Source: Carcharhinus longimanus (lineage: Eukaryota). From it: a DNA stretch of 64,000 nt. The DNA is taken from positions 16,410,061 to 16,474,060 of the forward strand of contig JASCQW010000160.1 of assembly GCA_030264375.1 (NCBI GenBank), given 5' to 3'. Positions 1 through 11,557 of this stretch are shown one piece after another. The notes beneath the pieces are model-generated. The model worked only from the letters and a program-made list of their open reading frames with translations. It was not told the origin of the DNA and ran no database searches. A program made the position numbers and the translations under genes. Position 1 is the first letter of the stretch, and each line of letters starts with the position of its first letter.

Positions 1-560
1 TAGGGCACCTAGCTTCAGTTCTTGGATCTTTTCTAGTTCAGTATCATCTTGGAAATTTTTGTCCTCATCAGATATTTTGTAGACCCCTTTTTTTAAGATC
101 ATGTGTTCTTGCATTTGCAGGGTTGGAGAAGTCTGTCAAATCCTACATGCCCTAGTTATGTGGTCTTTCTTGCCACAGCTTCTACATTTATTTTCTCTAC
201 TCAAGATTCATGTGGAGTGGCCCGCCTGAGCACACCTATGGCATACTTGCATTTTAAGAGATTTCTTCTTGTCTGCTCCTACCTTGTGTACTTTGGCTCC
301 AGCTCCAATTTTGGCAGCTTGGTATGGCCAATTCCATGGACACCGCAATATCAATCGCAAGTTTTAGTGTTAAAAGAGCTTTCGATTAGCAAACCTCTTT
401 TAATTGCTTCATTTCAAAGTCCACAAATAAGTCTCTTTCACAGAGTGTTTTTGAGAGTTGAGCCAAACTCACAGTTTTTCACTTTCACCTTCCCCCCCGT
501 TGCCAGTTTTATCTTTAACAACTGAGTTTTCATTGAAGATCCTTCTGAAAAACCTCATCA
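1..560 (-). mobile_element. Degenerate Ty3/Gypsy LTR-retrotransposon gag fragment
   Basis: Minus-strand translation gives CEFGSTLKNTL*KRLICGL*NEAIKR...AIDIAVSMELA and CCHC knuckle CRSCGKKDHITRAC, with stops and frameshifts. Confidence 0.8.
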
Positions 561-833
561 TCGCCGGTCTTTATCTTGTTGTTATATATTAGACGTTTTG
601 ACTGGTAGTAGTAACAAGACAAAATATAATAAGGTGCCACATTGTGGGTTTTGAACCAGCACAATGCAGATTTATTTAAGAGCTGTTACCAGATTGAAGT
701 CCAACATGGAAGAGTGATAAAATCCCTCGAATGCTTCTCGTGACATCAGAGCACATCATGTAAGTAAACACACAAAGATGCATTGCTTTACAATACTTGC
801 CATTGAAGTTTCATTGTACTCCCATTCTTAATT

Positions 834-1078
834 GGAGAAGCAGTGGCAAAAGTAGTATTGTTACTGGACTAGTAATCCAGAAACCCAGAGTAATTGCTCT
901 GAGGATTCAGATTTCAATCCTTCCAGGGCAGACGTTGAAATTAAAATTCAGTAGAAAAATTTGGAATGTAAGTCTAACAATGACATTGAAACCACTGCCG
1001 GTTTGTAAAATGCCACCTTGTTCGCAAATGTCCTTTAGGGAAGGAAATCTATCATCCTTATCTGGTCTGGCCAACATA
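834..1078 (+). mobile_element. tRNA-derived SINE (head shared with the LINE at 20625-23778)
   Basis: ggagaagcagtggc...ggactagtaatccag...tcctttagggaaggaaatct; reverse complement of copies at 2087, 23490 and 55260. Confidence 0.8.
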
Positions 1079-2074
1079 TTCCATCATTTTATAGACAGCA
1101 GTTTTATCCAACATCAGAGGTGGTAAGAGTTTTAATTTTACATTTAAAGCTAAATATTTCAGTGACATATTTACAATGAGCACTAGGAAATCAGAAATTA
1201 AAACAGAAAATGCGAGAAAAACACTGCACGCCCATCAATACATGTAAAGAAAAACATAGGTATACTTTTCACATAGAAATAATTTGCAATTGTATTTTCT
1301 TTGTATTTGAAGTATCCATAATTAAGGTTTTAATATTCTAAAGCCAGGGTGTCCTTTCAACATGCTGCAATAGACTGGCAGTGATTGTGCACAATGCCTC
1401 TTCCAGACTATAGATTGTTCAATCCATTGCCAATGCATTGGCCAGTTCAATCTATCACATATGCTATCACTGTGCCAGAGATCAAACACCCATTTTCTAG
1501 TGAATAAGGCAAAACGTCACTTACCATTTCGGTGCGGGTCCAGTTACAGATACCATCTGTTGTTGACAACTTCAATGAGATGTGAATTCTTCCACAATGC
1601 AGATTGATTCTGCTAAGCTGTTGTGAATTGCTTTTAATTCCTCTCAGCTTCATTTCTTATCTGTTATGGAAAATCACTTACAGCAATGTTACAATAATAG
1701 AACAGTGAAAATGATGACAGATAGGAAAAGTCACCGTTAATTACATAGAACTTACAGCAGAAGCTAGATACAAGCCTTTGGACTCAATATTCCAGGCCTC
1801 TATTATTCTTCATACTAGCCTTCTCCCATCCTCTTCATCAAGCAGTATATCCTTCTATTTCTTTTGCCCTCATATACTGCCACTTAAATGTGACTATCAG
1901 CCTTAACTATCCACTGTAATGTTGAGTTCCATTTTCAAATTACTCTCTGGATAAAGATGTTTTCCTGAATTCCCTATGCCATGCTCACAGATAACAATTA
2001 TATGGTGTTATTCCCGCACCCCCCCACCCCGCCTCCGCCCCCAGACAAGCAGTTTTCAAATCAACAGAAGTAAG

Positions 2075-2425
2075 TTTTTTTTTGTCTTCATTCTTTCATG
2101 AGATGCGGGCATTGCTGGCAAAGCCAGCATTTGTTGCCTTCCCTGATTGCCTTTGAACTGAGGGCAGTTAAAAGTCAACCTCAATTTCTGTGGGTCTAAC
2201 ACAGACCAGGTAAGGATGGCAGATTTCCTTCCCTAAAGGACATTAGCGAGCCAGATGCGTTTTTACAACCATTGCAAATAATTGACATGGTCACCATTTA
2301 TGACTACCTTTTTTCTCCAGATTTATTAATTTAAATCCCACCAGTTGTTGAGGGGGGATTTGAATCCACGTCCCCAGAGCATTAGCATGGGGCCATGGAT
2401 TACTAATCCAGTGACATTACCATCA
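2075..2425 (-). mobile_element. tRNA-derived SINE, near full length (LINE tail joined to tRNA-like head)
   Basis: Tail gccagcatttgttgcc...attgcctttg fused to gagggcagttaaaagtcaacc...ttccctaaaggacattag...ggatttgaatcc...ggattactaatccag. Confidence 0.8.
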
Positions 2426-4014
2426 ATTGTTCCCAGTCATCCCTCCACTGTGAAGTCAACATATATTAAAATAATTGTTGTCACTCTTGACTGAAAATTT
2501 TGTTTAAGAAATCATGGATTCCTATAATAAAACAGAGGAGGCCATTTGGCCCATTGTACCAATGCCAGTTCTTTGAAAGTTCTTGAATTAATCTGCCCTT
2601 TCCCCAAAGACTTTCTTTCTCTTTAAGTAGTGATCCAATTCACCACCCTTTCAATAAGTGTTTTTCAGATCATAACAACGCAATAAAATGCATAATGTTT
2701 TACATAATGAGCTGATTGTCATACAATGAGATGATTTCCGTATGTGGAAATGAAGGCATCAATATGCAGACATTTGAAGAGATCTCTGAGCCATACAGGC
2801 AAATTGACAGATATATCCAGTTTGCTCCGTAGAATTGAGAGTTCTGAATTTCTGGTGTCCATATCAATATCTACCTATATTGTTCTAATAAAATGTCATT
2901 GACCTGAAATATAAACTTGTTTCTCCTTTCATAGACACTACCTGACCAGCTGAGCAACACTGAACTTTGTTCAGAAAATGCTGGAAAATCTCAGGTCTCT
3001 CAAAACATTAGTTCTGTTCTCTACCCACAGATGCTGTCAGACCTGCTGAGATTTTCCATTTTTGTTTCAGAATCCAGCACCTGCAGTATTTTGCTTTTAA
3101 CTGCACTTTTTCATTCTGTGCGGTCTGTTCATTTGAATATACATCTATAATTTTTTTGAGGAATATCTTAAAGGGAACAAGTCTGAGTGGCCTGCATAGT
3201 ACTTTCTAGTTGCTGTGAAGTCACCAAGCTTACATGCTACTGAGTATTTCCAACATTTTCTATTTTATTTCAATTTACAGCATCTGCAATATTTTGTTTT
3301 TAGTCCTTGACTGTGCTATGGACTGGTGGGATCTGTAGTTGTGTCTCTAACTTCCCATAATACACATTTCCTGATCCTTTGGGGAAGATTTCAGATAGAA
3401 TTGCTAGGGTGAAAGGAAAGATTACAGCGGTTTACAGGGCAACTCTGGTGAACCTGTAAGCATATGACCATCTTTCCTTAAAAGGGTAAAATTATACCAC
3501 AATTGCTCACAGCAATCAGATGCAGCCTGTTAAGAACAGAATCAAGTCCTGAAACTCACCAGTCTGATTTAAGAACTAATGGGGAATCACAGACCGTCCT
3601 GGATGTCATACAACTTCAAGCTGGATTTTAAAATTGCTCAATTATAAAATCTCTGCACTATTCTCATTTGCCCTTCAAATGTTTTGGTAGCACCAACGGC
3701 TTGCAAAACATTTAAAAAAATTGGTTTTAAGTGTTGCCTGCATGTATTTGAACCGAGAACTTTTATGATAAAGTACGATTCAGCCTGCACAACTCGGGTT
3801 CTGTTACTGCAATATTTTTTCCAGGTTCTGAACTTACACTGATACTGCAACAACTGCAAGATGGTGAATGGATTACAAAATTTAATAAGGGAGAAATTGA
3901 GATTTCAGGATGTACGTCAATTGGTGGCAACTTATCTGCATTCAGATTACCAGATAATTCTCAATCAGGAATGAGTTATTGTTAGTGCTAGACTGTGATT
4001 ATTCAATTAGACCA

Positions 4015-4610
4015 TAATATTTAGAGCAGAATTAGGTCATTCAGCCCTCAAATCTGCTCTGCCACTCATTCATGGCTGATAAGTTTCTTAACCCCATTCT
4101 CCTGCTTTTTCCCCCAACCCTTGAACCCTTCACCTATCAAGAACTTATCTCTATTTTAAATACACTCAATGACCTGGCCTCCACAGTCTTGTGTGGCGAC
4201 AAATTCCACAGATTCACCACCCTCTGGCTGAAGAAATTCCTTCTCATCTCAGTTCTAAGGGTCATCCCTCTACTTTGAGGCTGTGCCCACAGGTCCTAGT
4301 CTCTCCTACTATTGGAAACATTTTCTCCATGTCCACTCTATTCAGGCCTTTCAATATTCTGTAAGTTTCAATGAGATCCCTCCCTCATCTTTCTAAACTC
4401 CATTGAGTACAGACTTAGAATCCTCAAACGCTCTTCATGTCAAGCTTTTCATTCCTGCGATCATTTTTGTGAACCTCCTCTTGACTCTCTCCAAGGCCAG
4501 CACATCCTTCCTTAGATATGGGGCCCAAATTGCTCACAATCTTCAAAATGTGGTCTCACCTAAGTGTAATAAAGCCTCAGCAATACATCCTTGCTTTTGT
4601 ATTCTAATGT
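4015..4610 (-). mobile_element. CR1-type LINE 3' fragment
   Basis: aattccacagattcaccaccctctggctgaagaaattccttctcatctc motif typical of the RT C-terminus/3' end; repeated at 14170, 17560, 23790, 49585. Confidence 0.8.
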
Positions 4611-5094
4611 ATGATTCCCATAGCACCTCAGCATATTTTATGCTTATATGAAACAGTGAACAATATACTTATTTTAAAATCAGGCTGAGATTGTTATAAA
4701 GTCAAAAGTGGTTCATGAAAAGTCAGTAATAATAATTTTCACTTACATGGCTAATTTCCAAGTTGACACATCCAAAAATTATAAAACAATATTGAATCAA
4801 AATGATATTCAGTATAGTATCTTTTTAAAGAAATATGGACAACAATCCTGCATTTATCAGCCAGTTAAAAACTTCATCCTTGTAAACCCTTTGCCCTGAA
4901 CAAGCAGATTCAGAAAAATAAACTGAGATAAACAGGACTGAGAATGGGCCACATGTTGGCACTATGAAAATCTCATCACCCATTTGCTAAACCTTGTATT
5001 TACAGGTAAAAATAAAGACTCAGGTGTCCAAGAGTAATTTCCAACATTAGTGAGGAATAAAAGACAAAAGTATTAGGCATTTTTTTCAACACTT

Positions 5095-5100
5095 TTTATT
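5095..5100 (-). terminator. Candidate polyadenylation signal AATAAA
   Basis: Plus-strand tttatt; on the minus strand it is followed ~25 nt later by ttttgtcttttattcc, a GU/U-rich downstream element. Confidence 0.5.
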
Positions 5101-5137
5101 CATACCTTGTGTCTACTTTACATTAACTTACATGTGG

Positions 5138-5151
5138 GTTGCCATAGTAAC
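5138..5151. promoter_or_regulatory. RFX X-box motif GTTGCCATAGTAAC
   Basis: Full match to X-box consensus GTNRCC(N0-3)RGYAAC; CpG-containing tgcgcacagcgca (NRF1-like) ~40 nt away. Confidence 0.55.
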
Positions 5152-6914
5152 CTAAACTCTAGTAGGCAAGGTTATTAAAACTAAACCTGCGCACAGCGCA
5201 GAGTTTACAGTTAAGTTTCATATATGGAGATCAAAACAGTTCTAAAAAATGTACCTTATATTTGAATGCACATCGTGATACTTTGTTACATAATGTCAGG
5301 CATAGTCAAGCCACGCAATTCAATTTTACCTCATTCCATCTGATGATGGCTGCATAGCCTACAGGCTAGCATTAGGTAGCATCAGATGTACATGCATCTC
5401 ATTTAAAAAAGAAATATCTGCCTGGAGTGGGCACCATGTTTATTTCAACTAAATTACACTATAGTACAGCATCAACAGTTAGCAGAAACCCTATTCAATG
5501 GGAAGGTTCATTTCAAAAGGGGATTTTTCTTCAGGCACCAGTTCATTCCCCATGCATTCTACAAAGTTTACTTAATTGAAATAATGGGATAACGGAATCA
5601 ATTTGCATTTCCAATAGAACTTCTACTGTCATCTTGTACACATGAAAAGCTTTTGCACATTCGTCAATTGGTAACATAGTAGAGCTAATAAAACAACAAT
5701 TAGCTTCTTTTTAATGGACTCCAACCGTTGCAGTAAATACATTAATTTGTTCAATTCCCCATGCACCTTGTCAGTTTAAAAATCCTAATGCAACGATCAA
5801 TTACAACTACTTTTGTGATTCTTCGCATTATTTAAAACCAAATGACAAGTGGAATGACCCACATGAGGCAGACACTGTCCCTTTTAAACTATCATATTCA
5901 CATTTCAAAATCCTGCGAAACAAGTGATCATCGTTCAATGTCTTGTAACACGACGGCAATCAGTTTAATAAAAAATTCTTACCACACAGTCTGAAAATGT
6001 ACAGCCCATAAAACTCCCCTCAACAGCAAATTCCTTTAATGCATTTTGAATAATAAAGAGAATTCAACATTTTGACATCAGTATGATTTGACTCCGCAAG
6101 ACTTTATATGGGCTGTCTATTTCCTTCTGAAATAATACTATATTTGTGTTCAAGGAAAAGAAAACACAACAATACAGCTTCTACCTTGAGTAATAAGAAT
6201 TAATGACGAGGATGACTGCTGTGCATTAACAGTACACGTAATTGATTTAACAAATAGGTGTGCAACAAAAACCATTGCAATGTATGCAGCAAGAAATGGT
6301 GAAAAAAGTAATTTCCATAGCCTAAAAATTCAGGTGCACCTATATTTGGGGTGGTGATTGGGCGGGGGTTCGTCGGTGGGGGGGTGGTGGAGGTGGCTGG
6401 AGTGTAAGGCCAGGTCCCTGCATTAGATGTTCAGACCCAAGGTGCAACTGATATTCTCACAGGCCTTGTTAACATTGCATGGTGAGCGGGTAAAAAAAAA
6501 CATCTCACCAGCCCAGCAACGCTAATCAGGGTGCTGTGACAAGACAGTTGATGGCTGAAAGAAGGTGATCAGGTTGGAAGCAGTGGTCAGGGGTAGGGTT
6601 GGGGGATGTTCACAGTAGGAGATAGCACCAACGACCAATGTTGGAAAGCAGCAACTTTGAATGGAGTGAGGGCTGAGTGGGAGGAAGCAATGGCTGATAT
6701 TCTTTTAATGTTGAACATGGGGTCAGGAGCAGGATTCCCCACTCCTCCGACTTCCATATTTAGGTAAGTGTATTTTAAAGCTTAACTTGTTAGTTGCACG
6801 AGAACAGGTGGTGCCTTATGGACCGCCTGCAGTGCTGCATGTAACATCTGTTTCACCTGAGTATAGCTGGTGCCAGCACTGGCTGACTCAGGACAAAAGA
6901 ATACATAAGCAGCC

Positions 6915-7128
6915 TACCGCAGATGCTAGAAATAGGAAATAAAAACAGGAAATGCTGGAAATACTCAACAGGCCAGGTAGCATTTGTGGAGAGAAAAAAG
7001 AGTGTTAACATTTCAGGTCAATGATGTTTCATCAGATGAAAGACCTCCAAGCTGAAATGTTAAGTTTCTCCCCACCACAAATGCAAACTGGCTTGCTGAT
7101 ATTTCTAGCATTTTCCATTTTTATTTTG
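6915..7128. repeat. Palindromic (fold-back) interspersed repeat
   Basis: aaataaaaacaggaaatgctggaaatactca...tgatatttctagcattttccatttttatttt; half-copies at ~1190, 2890-3100, 3230, 58090-58220. Confidence 0.75.
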
Positions 7129-10100
7129 GAATAAGCCAATCTGCAGTGGGGCCTGAAGCAAAAGTTAGGCCCCTCATGAAAATATAATTTTTGATCTTTT
7201 CTAAAATGGCAAATTTCCAGCTTGAAATGAGTGTGCACATTCTGCCTATCCGCTGTATTAAACTCAAGAGGCTGTGCGGCCAAATTTCCAGGGCCATATG
7301 CAAGAGGTAATACCACATAAAGGGCCACAAACAGCATAGCTCTTACTGCTATTAGAAATGGTGCTTAATTTACCTTGATCTGATTTTAGTTTCAGATTAT
7401 GCTAAATTTGGGAATGACTGAAAGATGTATACTCAATCATGTTTAACCATAAAATGCAAAAACAAAGAGACAAAAGGTGGACAAAGTGCATGCCCCAAGA
7501 ATTTGAATATAAATCTGAGTAAAAGAGGTAATGCATGTGCCAGTGGGTCCTGAACACTCAAGCACATTGCATCTTTTGCAACAGTGGACATGATTTCTGC
7601 AAATGCATTGTAGCTCTAAGTAGTATCAATATATTGACATTTCAAAAGTGCCACATGAATACAAAATGATTAGAAATAACTGCTTTCAAAATGTTTACTA
7701 TAATTCAGTTGACCAAACCTATTTTACCATTGTTCAATACTTTTAGAATTCTATTGGTCACAAGTTATTTTCAGGCACAGGGATCACTTTACCACCTCCA
7801 TTACATTATGATTATTATATCATGGTAAAATACACTGTACTACCTTCTAGAAAGGAATTCTGAAACATAATCAAATCATCCTTCACTCAAAAGTATCACT
7901 TGTTATGCAGATTAAAGAAAGAAGTAAAACAAACAGATAGCCAGTAAATTCCATCATGTAAATAAATACAAAAATCTACTTATATCAAATACGACCCCGA
8001 TATTGCTTTAAAATTTGTCCTAAAATCTTGGATGATCCTTGGATTAACATTTTACAACTTCTCAAACAAGATAGCCATAGGATATTTCGTAAGGGTAACC
8101 CACCAAGAATGGTGCTGCCCATCTATATTTTAAGCAAAACAATAGCTTAGTTCTGACGGGAGTAAATTTTTATTCTGACTGCTTCAACAATGTCATGTGA
8201 GGAATTCAAATTTGATCCCAGCCGTTGTACAGCAATTTAAATTCTGTGCATTTTATTCAAATGCACAAATCTCTTCTGATAGATACAGGCACGCATGCAC
8301 AAACTCACTCACCACACTCATGGCTAAATATACTCTCAGGCCCACATTATTATTTCTTCATCCTGACACTTTTCTCAAATCCCGCTCAACTGATTTTTGG
8401 TGTCACACATAATGTAAACTCTAAAAACAAAACGAACCAAATGTGTCTTGGCTAGTTTAAAACCAAACAGTTTCAACTCATAATATGCTGGCAATCCTAT
8501 ACAATACGAAGCACAGACACAAAAATAGTACAACTTCTGTAAGCAACTGAACAGAGTGGAGATATCCAAAATTACTTTCCTGCAGTGCAAGTCTATTTTT
8601 TTTTACTAATTTTGAATTCCGTTCCATGAATTGAAAATATAAACTCAAATTTAAAGGCAACACAAAATGTAGCAATGAGCTCAGAATTAAAAAAAGTTAT
8701 TAATTTAGCACATAAAGGAAAAAGCCTGTGTTCATCAACATGATACTATATGGAGTGATCAAAAACACAAACCTATCAAATCTGATGAGTGACATTACTG
8801 CAAACCATCTGCTACTTGATTCTATCAGTCACGTCGAATGTGGATGTGGTATGACAAAAAGCAAGATGAGTGTGGTATTTATGAGTGACCTGTTCACAGA
8901 ATAACATGATCCCATAATTAAGTTCAAAATGGATTTATCATTATTTATCAAAACATCCAAAGTTATTAGAATTGGTCATTGCCTTTTTCAATATTTCCTA
9001 CGATTTAAGCGGATTGTGGAACTTAAATTGGACTACGCCTATCCTTAAAACAAACTATTGTGAGCTTATTGATAAATTGCACTGAAATATTCTGTCAATA
9101 GGTGACAACAGTGCACTGGTATGTACTTGGGCATGTGTGTGCATACTTAGAATGCAAACAAATCTCTGATCTCACACATCTCACTTTAATTGATTCAATA
9201 TTGTTATATAATTTCAGATTGATAACACAAACTTTGAAGCTAATAGAAAGGTTTGTTCTGTTTAGAAAGCAACTTTTTAAGAAAATGTCATTTCAGTCAT
9301 ATTAAAGCACCTTATGTTTGATATCAAATCTTACTGTCTCTGACTGCATTGAAATGGTACATATTGGCAGCTATGTTATGAATCTAGCAATTATCCACAC
9401 AGGAACACTCTCAAGTAAGATGTGCTTAGGGAGTTAGTTGCTGGAGTCCAGTTTCTTTCAAAACCCTGAAGCACATAGTTCTTCCTCCAGATTTCATTAC
9501 AAGTCTTTGAAATTTCAGTTTTCACAAGACTCATAAAATAGCATTAATACAATCCACAGTTCTGGGGAAAACCAAGTTACCATAAATCTCATGTGAAAAA
9601 CATCCGATGACATGTTTTATGAGTCAGTCAGAATTCAACCTCCACTCCTTTCAATTTGTCCCAACAAATTTTAAACACATTAGGTCAGGGCAGCCCATTG
9701 AAATGAATGCTCACAATACTGGTTAGTCTTCTAACAAAATGAAAAAGCATATCCAATTCAGCACCTGTCAACCATTGCACTAAACTTTTCAATTCTGTCA
9801 GCTCATAGACAAGCACAATAATATATTATAAATAAACTATTTAAATATCATTTTTGGACTATATTAGTCAGAGATCAGTTATTCCATCACAAACAGTTCA
9901 CAGATGAGCATTCAATTCCAGGATCCCATTTTTGACAATTGTATCCTAATGAGCCATATTGTTTTCAGAATTCACATTGAATTTGTTTTATTCTTGTACA
10001 AAGAGTGGATAGTTATCTACCAATGTCTCTTTAAAGTGTCAGCATGCACAAATTCAATGATGATATTGGGGCTTGAGTGGATTAAAGTGCTTGGCTGTTG

Positions 10101-11389
10101 TCACTTCATTTTATTAACTCTTTGCCCCTATTCCACCGAGCAGCATGAGTGTTCCTGCACCATGCTCTTGTTATCACAAATATCTCTGTTCTAATGAGCC
10201 AATCACATTGAAATTTGGTCACTACAGATTATATCCTTGACTCCTCTGTATTTAGCATGCACAGAGTAAATTTTCTGTTCTCTAGTGAGAGACTTCAAAA
10301 AAATGGCAACTTAGGCCAAATCCATAACTTTTAATGAAGTGTGGCTCATTGATTCCTGTTGGGAAATGAAAACTCATTGTCAGACAGGGGCAACATTATA
10401 TGTGTATATAAAAAAATTGTACTAATATGTAGTTTTTCAAGTTTCTACGATACAACTGTAGAAATAAAAACTGACATGCCATACTGCTGCAGCACAGCTA
10501 AACGTGCCAACACAATCTCAGCTGCCTTGCACTTCCCTGCAACTGCCTCAACATGTTAATGGTACTGATGATGAAACTCTCATCTGCAACTAACTGTTAC
10601 CATTTCAACAAAGAACACGGAATGCTTCACAGTCAGGTTCCACACATGCACTCTGTGAGCATCAGGTGAGAAATCTGCAGCTTTTAGACATGCTGTAATG
10701 AGAGTTACAGAACAGAGACACACTTTTGCCCTATATATTCTGGGACCTGCCTATGATAGATTGTTTAGTCTGTATTTACAATAATAAATATCTAAGTCAG
10801 TCCATCAGGATTCCAGTTACTTTCTGTAGTTTTTTTTTCAATTTTCTATTATACAACTGTAGAACTAAAAACTGATCAGACTGACATGCCACACTTCTGC
10901 AAGTCATTTGTAACTTAGAATGTCTTCAAGTTTTATCAATACAGATATTCACAGTTTCTTTTCCCATTCACTCTGAGCCAGAATCAATACATTTGATTAA
11001 TTTTGTTAATAATGTGTATAAGTGGTGTTTTCACAGGCACAATGGCCTGTAATAATTTCAAGATCCTCACCCTGCTCCTGTTTGATGAATACCTTAAATA
11101 CAGAGCACACTGGACTTCAATTACATGTCTTCCACAACAGAGACAGCCCAAAGATTATTACATGCTTTTGTTACATGTTAAAGCTTACAGTACAACATTC
11201 TAGGATTTACAACATGAGTGTGTAGGCAGATTAGCGTGGCTGCTGTCTTCCCATGATGCTTCAGTGCTGTCAGAGCCTAGTTCTGCTGCAGTTTCTACTC
11301 GGTACAGGATCTTGATGTCAATTTTGATTCCACTGACTGGGCAGCAGTCTGGAGGTCCAACTCAGCCTGTGGTTCCAGTGTCTTTTTTA

Positions 11390-11433
11390 ATATATATATA
11401 TATATTTATTTATATAATTTATATATATCTATA
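11390..11433. repeat. Imperfect (TA)n microsatellite just after the stop codon
   Basis: atatatatatatatatttatttatataatttatatatatctata. Confidence 0.85.
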
Positions 11434-11470
11434 TTGCACACTATTCCCTCTTCGGCCTTTGTAATGCCCA

Positions 11471-11557
11471 TCAGTGAAACCGATCTCGCTTGTCTGTTTC
11501 AGAACTGTAATCACGCAAACCGATGCCCTTTTGTAGAGTTATTAACGAGTCTCTCAT
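11471..11557 (-). CDS. GRAMD1B: GRAMD1B last coding exon: MRDSLITLQKGIGLRDYSSETDKRDRFH*
   Basis: acag|ATG...CAC TGA; 87 nt; colinear with recalled human C-terminus MKDSLINLQNGI...RNRYH. Confidence 0.94.
   Translation of the reverse strand: MRDSLITLQKGIGLRDYSSETDKRDRFH

Larger units (their letters stand above)
5075..11470 (-). other. GRAMD1B: Putative long (~6.4 kb) GRAMD1B 3'UTR
   Basis: AT-rich and comparatively repeat-poor stretch after the stop codon, ending at an AATAAA with a downstream U/GU-rich tract; the true end is inferred, and earlier AATAAA hexamers exist. Confidence 0.5.

Noticed and set aside
103-525. 140-aa plus-strand ORF
   Set aside because: Antisense shadow of the minus-strand Gypsy gag remnant
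10431-10472. Hairpin UUUCUAC...GUAGA superficially resembles a Cas12a direct repeat and occurs twice
   Set aside because: Vertebrate 3'UTR context, only two diverged copies 400 bp apart, no regular spacers and no cas genes; not CRISPR
11441-11473. Stop-codon readthrough extension (TGA TGG ... TAG, ~10 codons)
   Set aside because: Lacks the UGA-CUAG readthrough context; no other support
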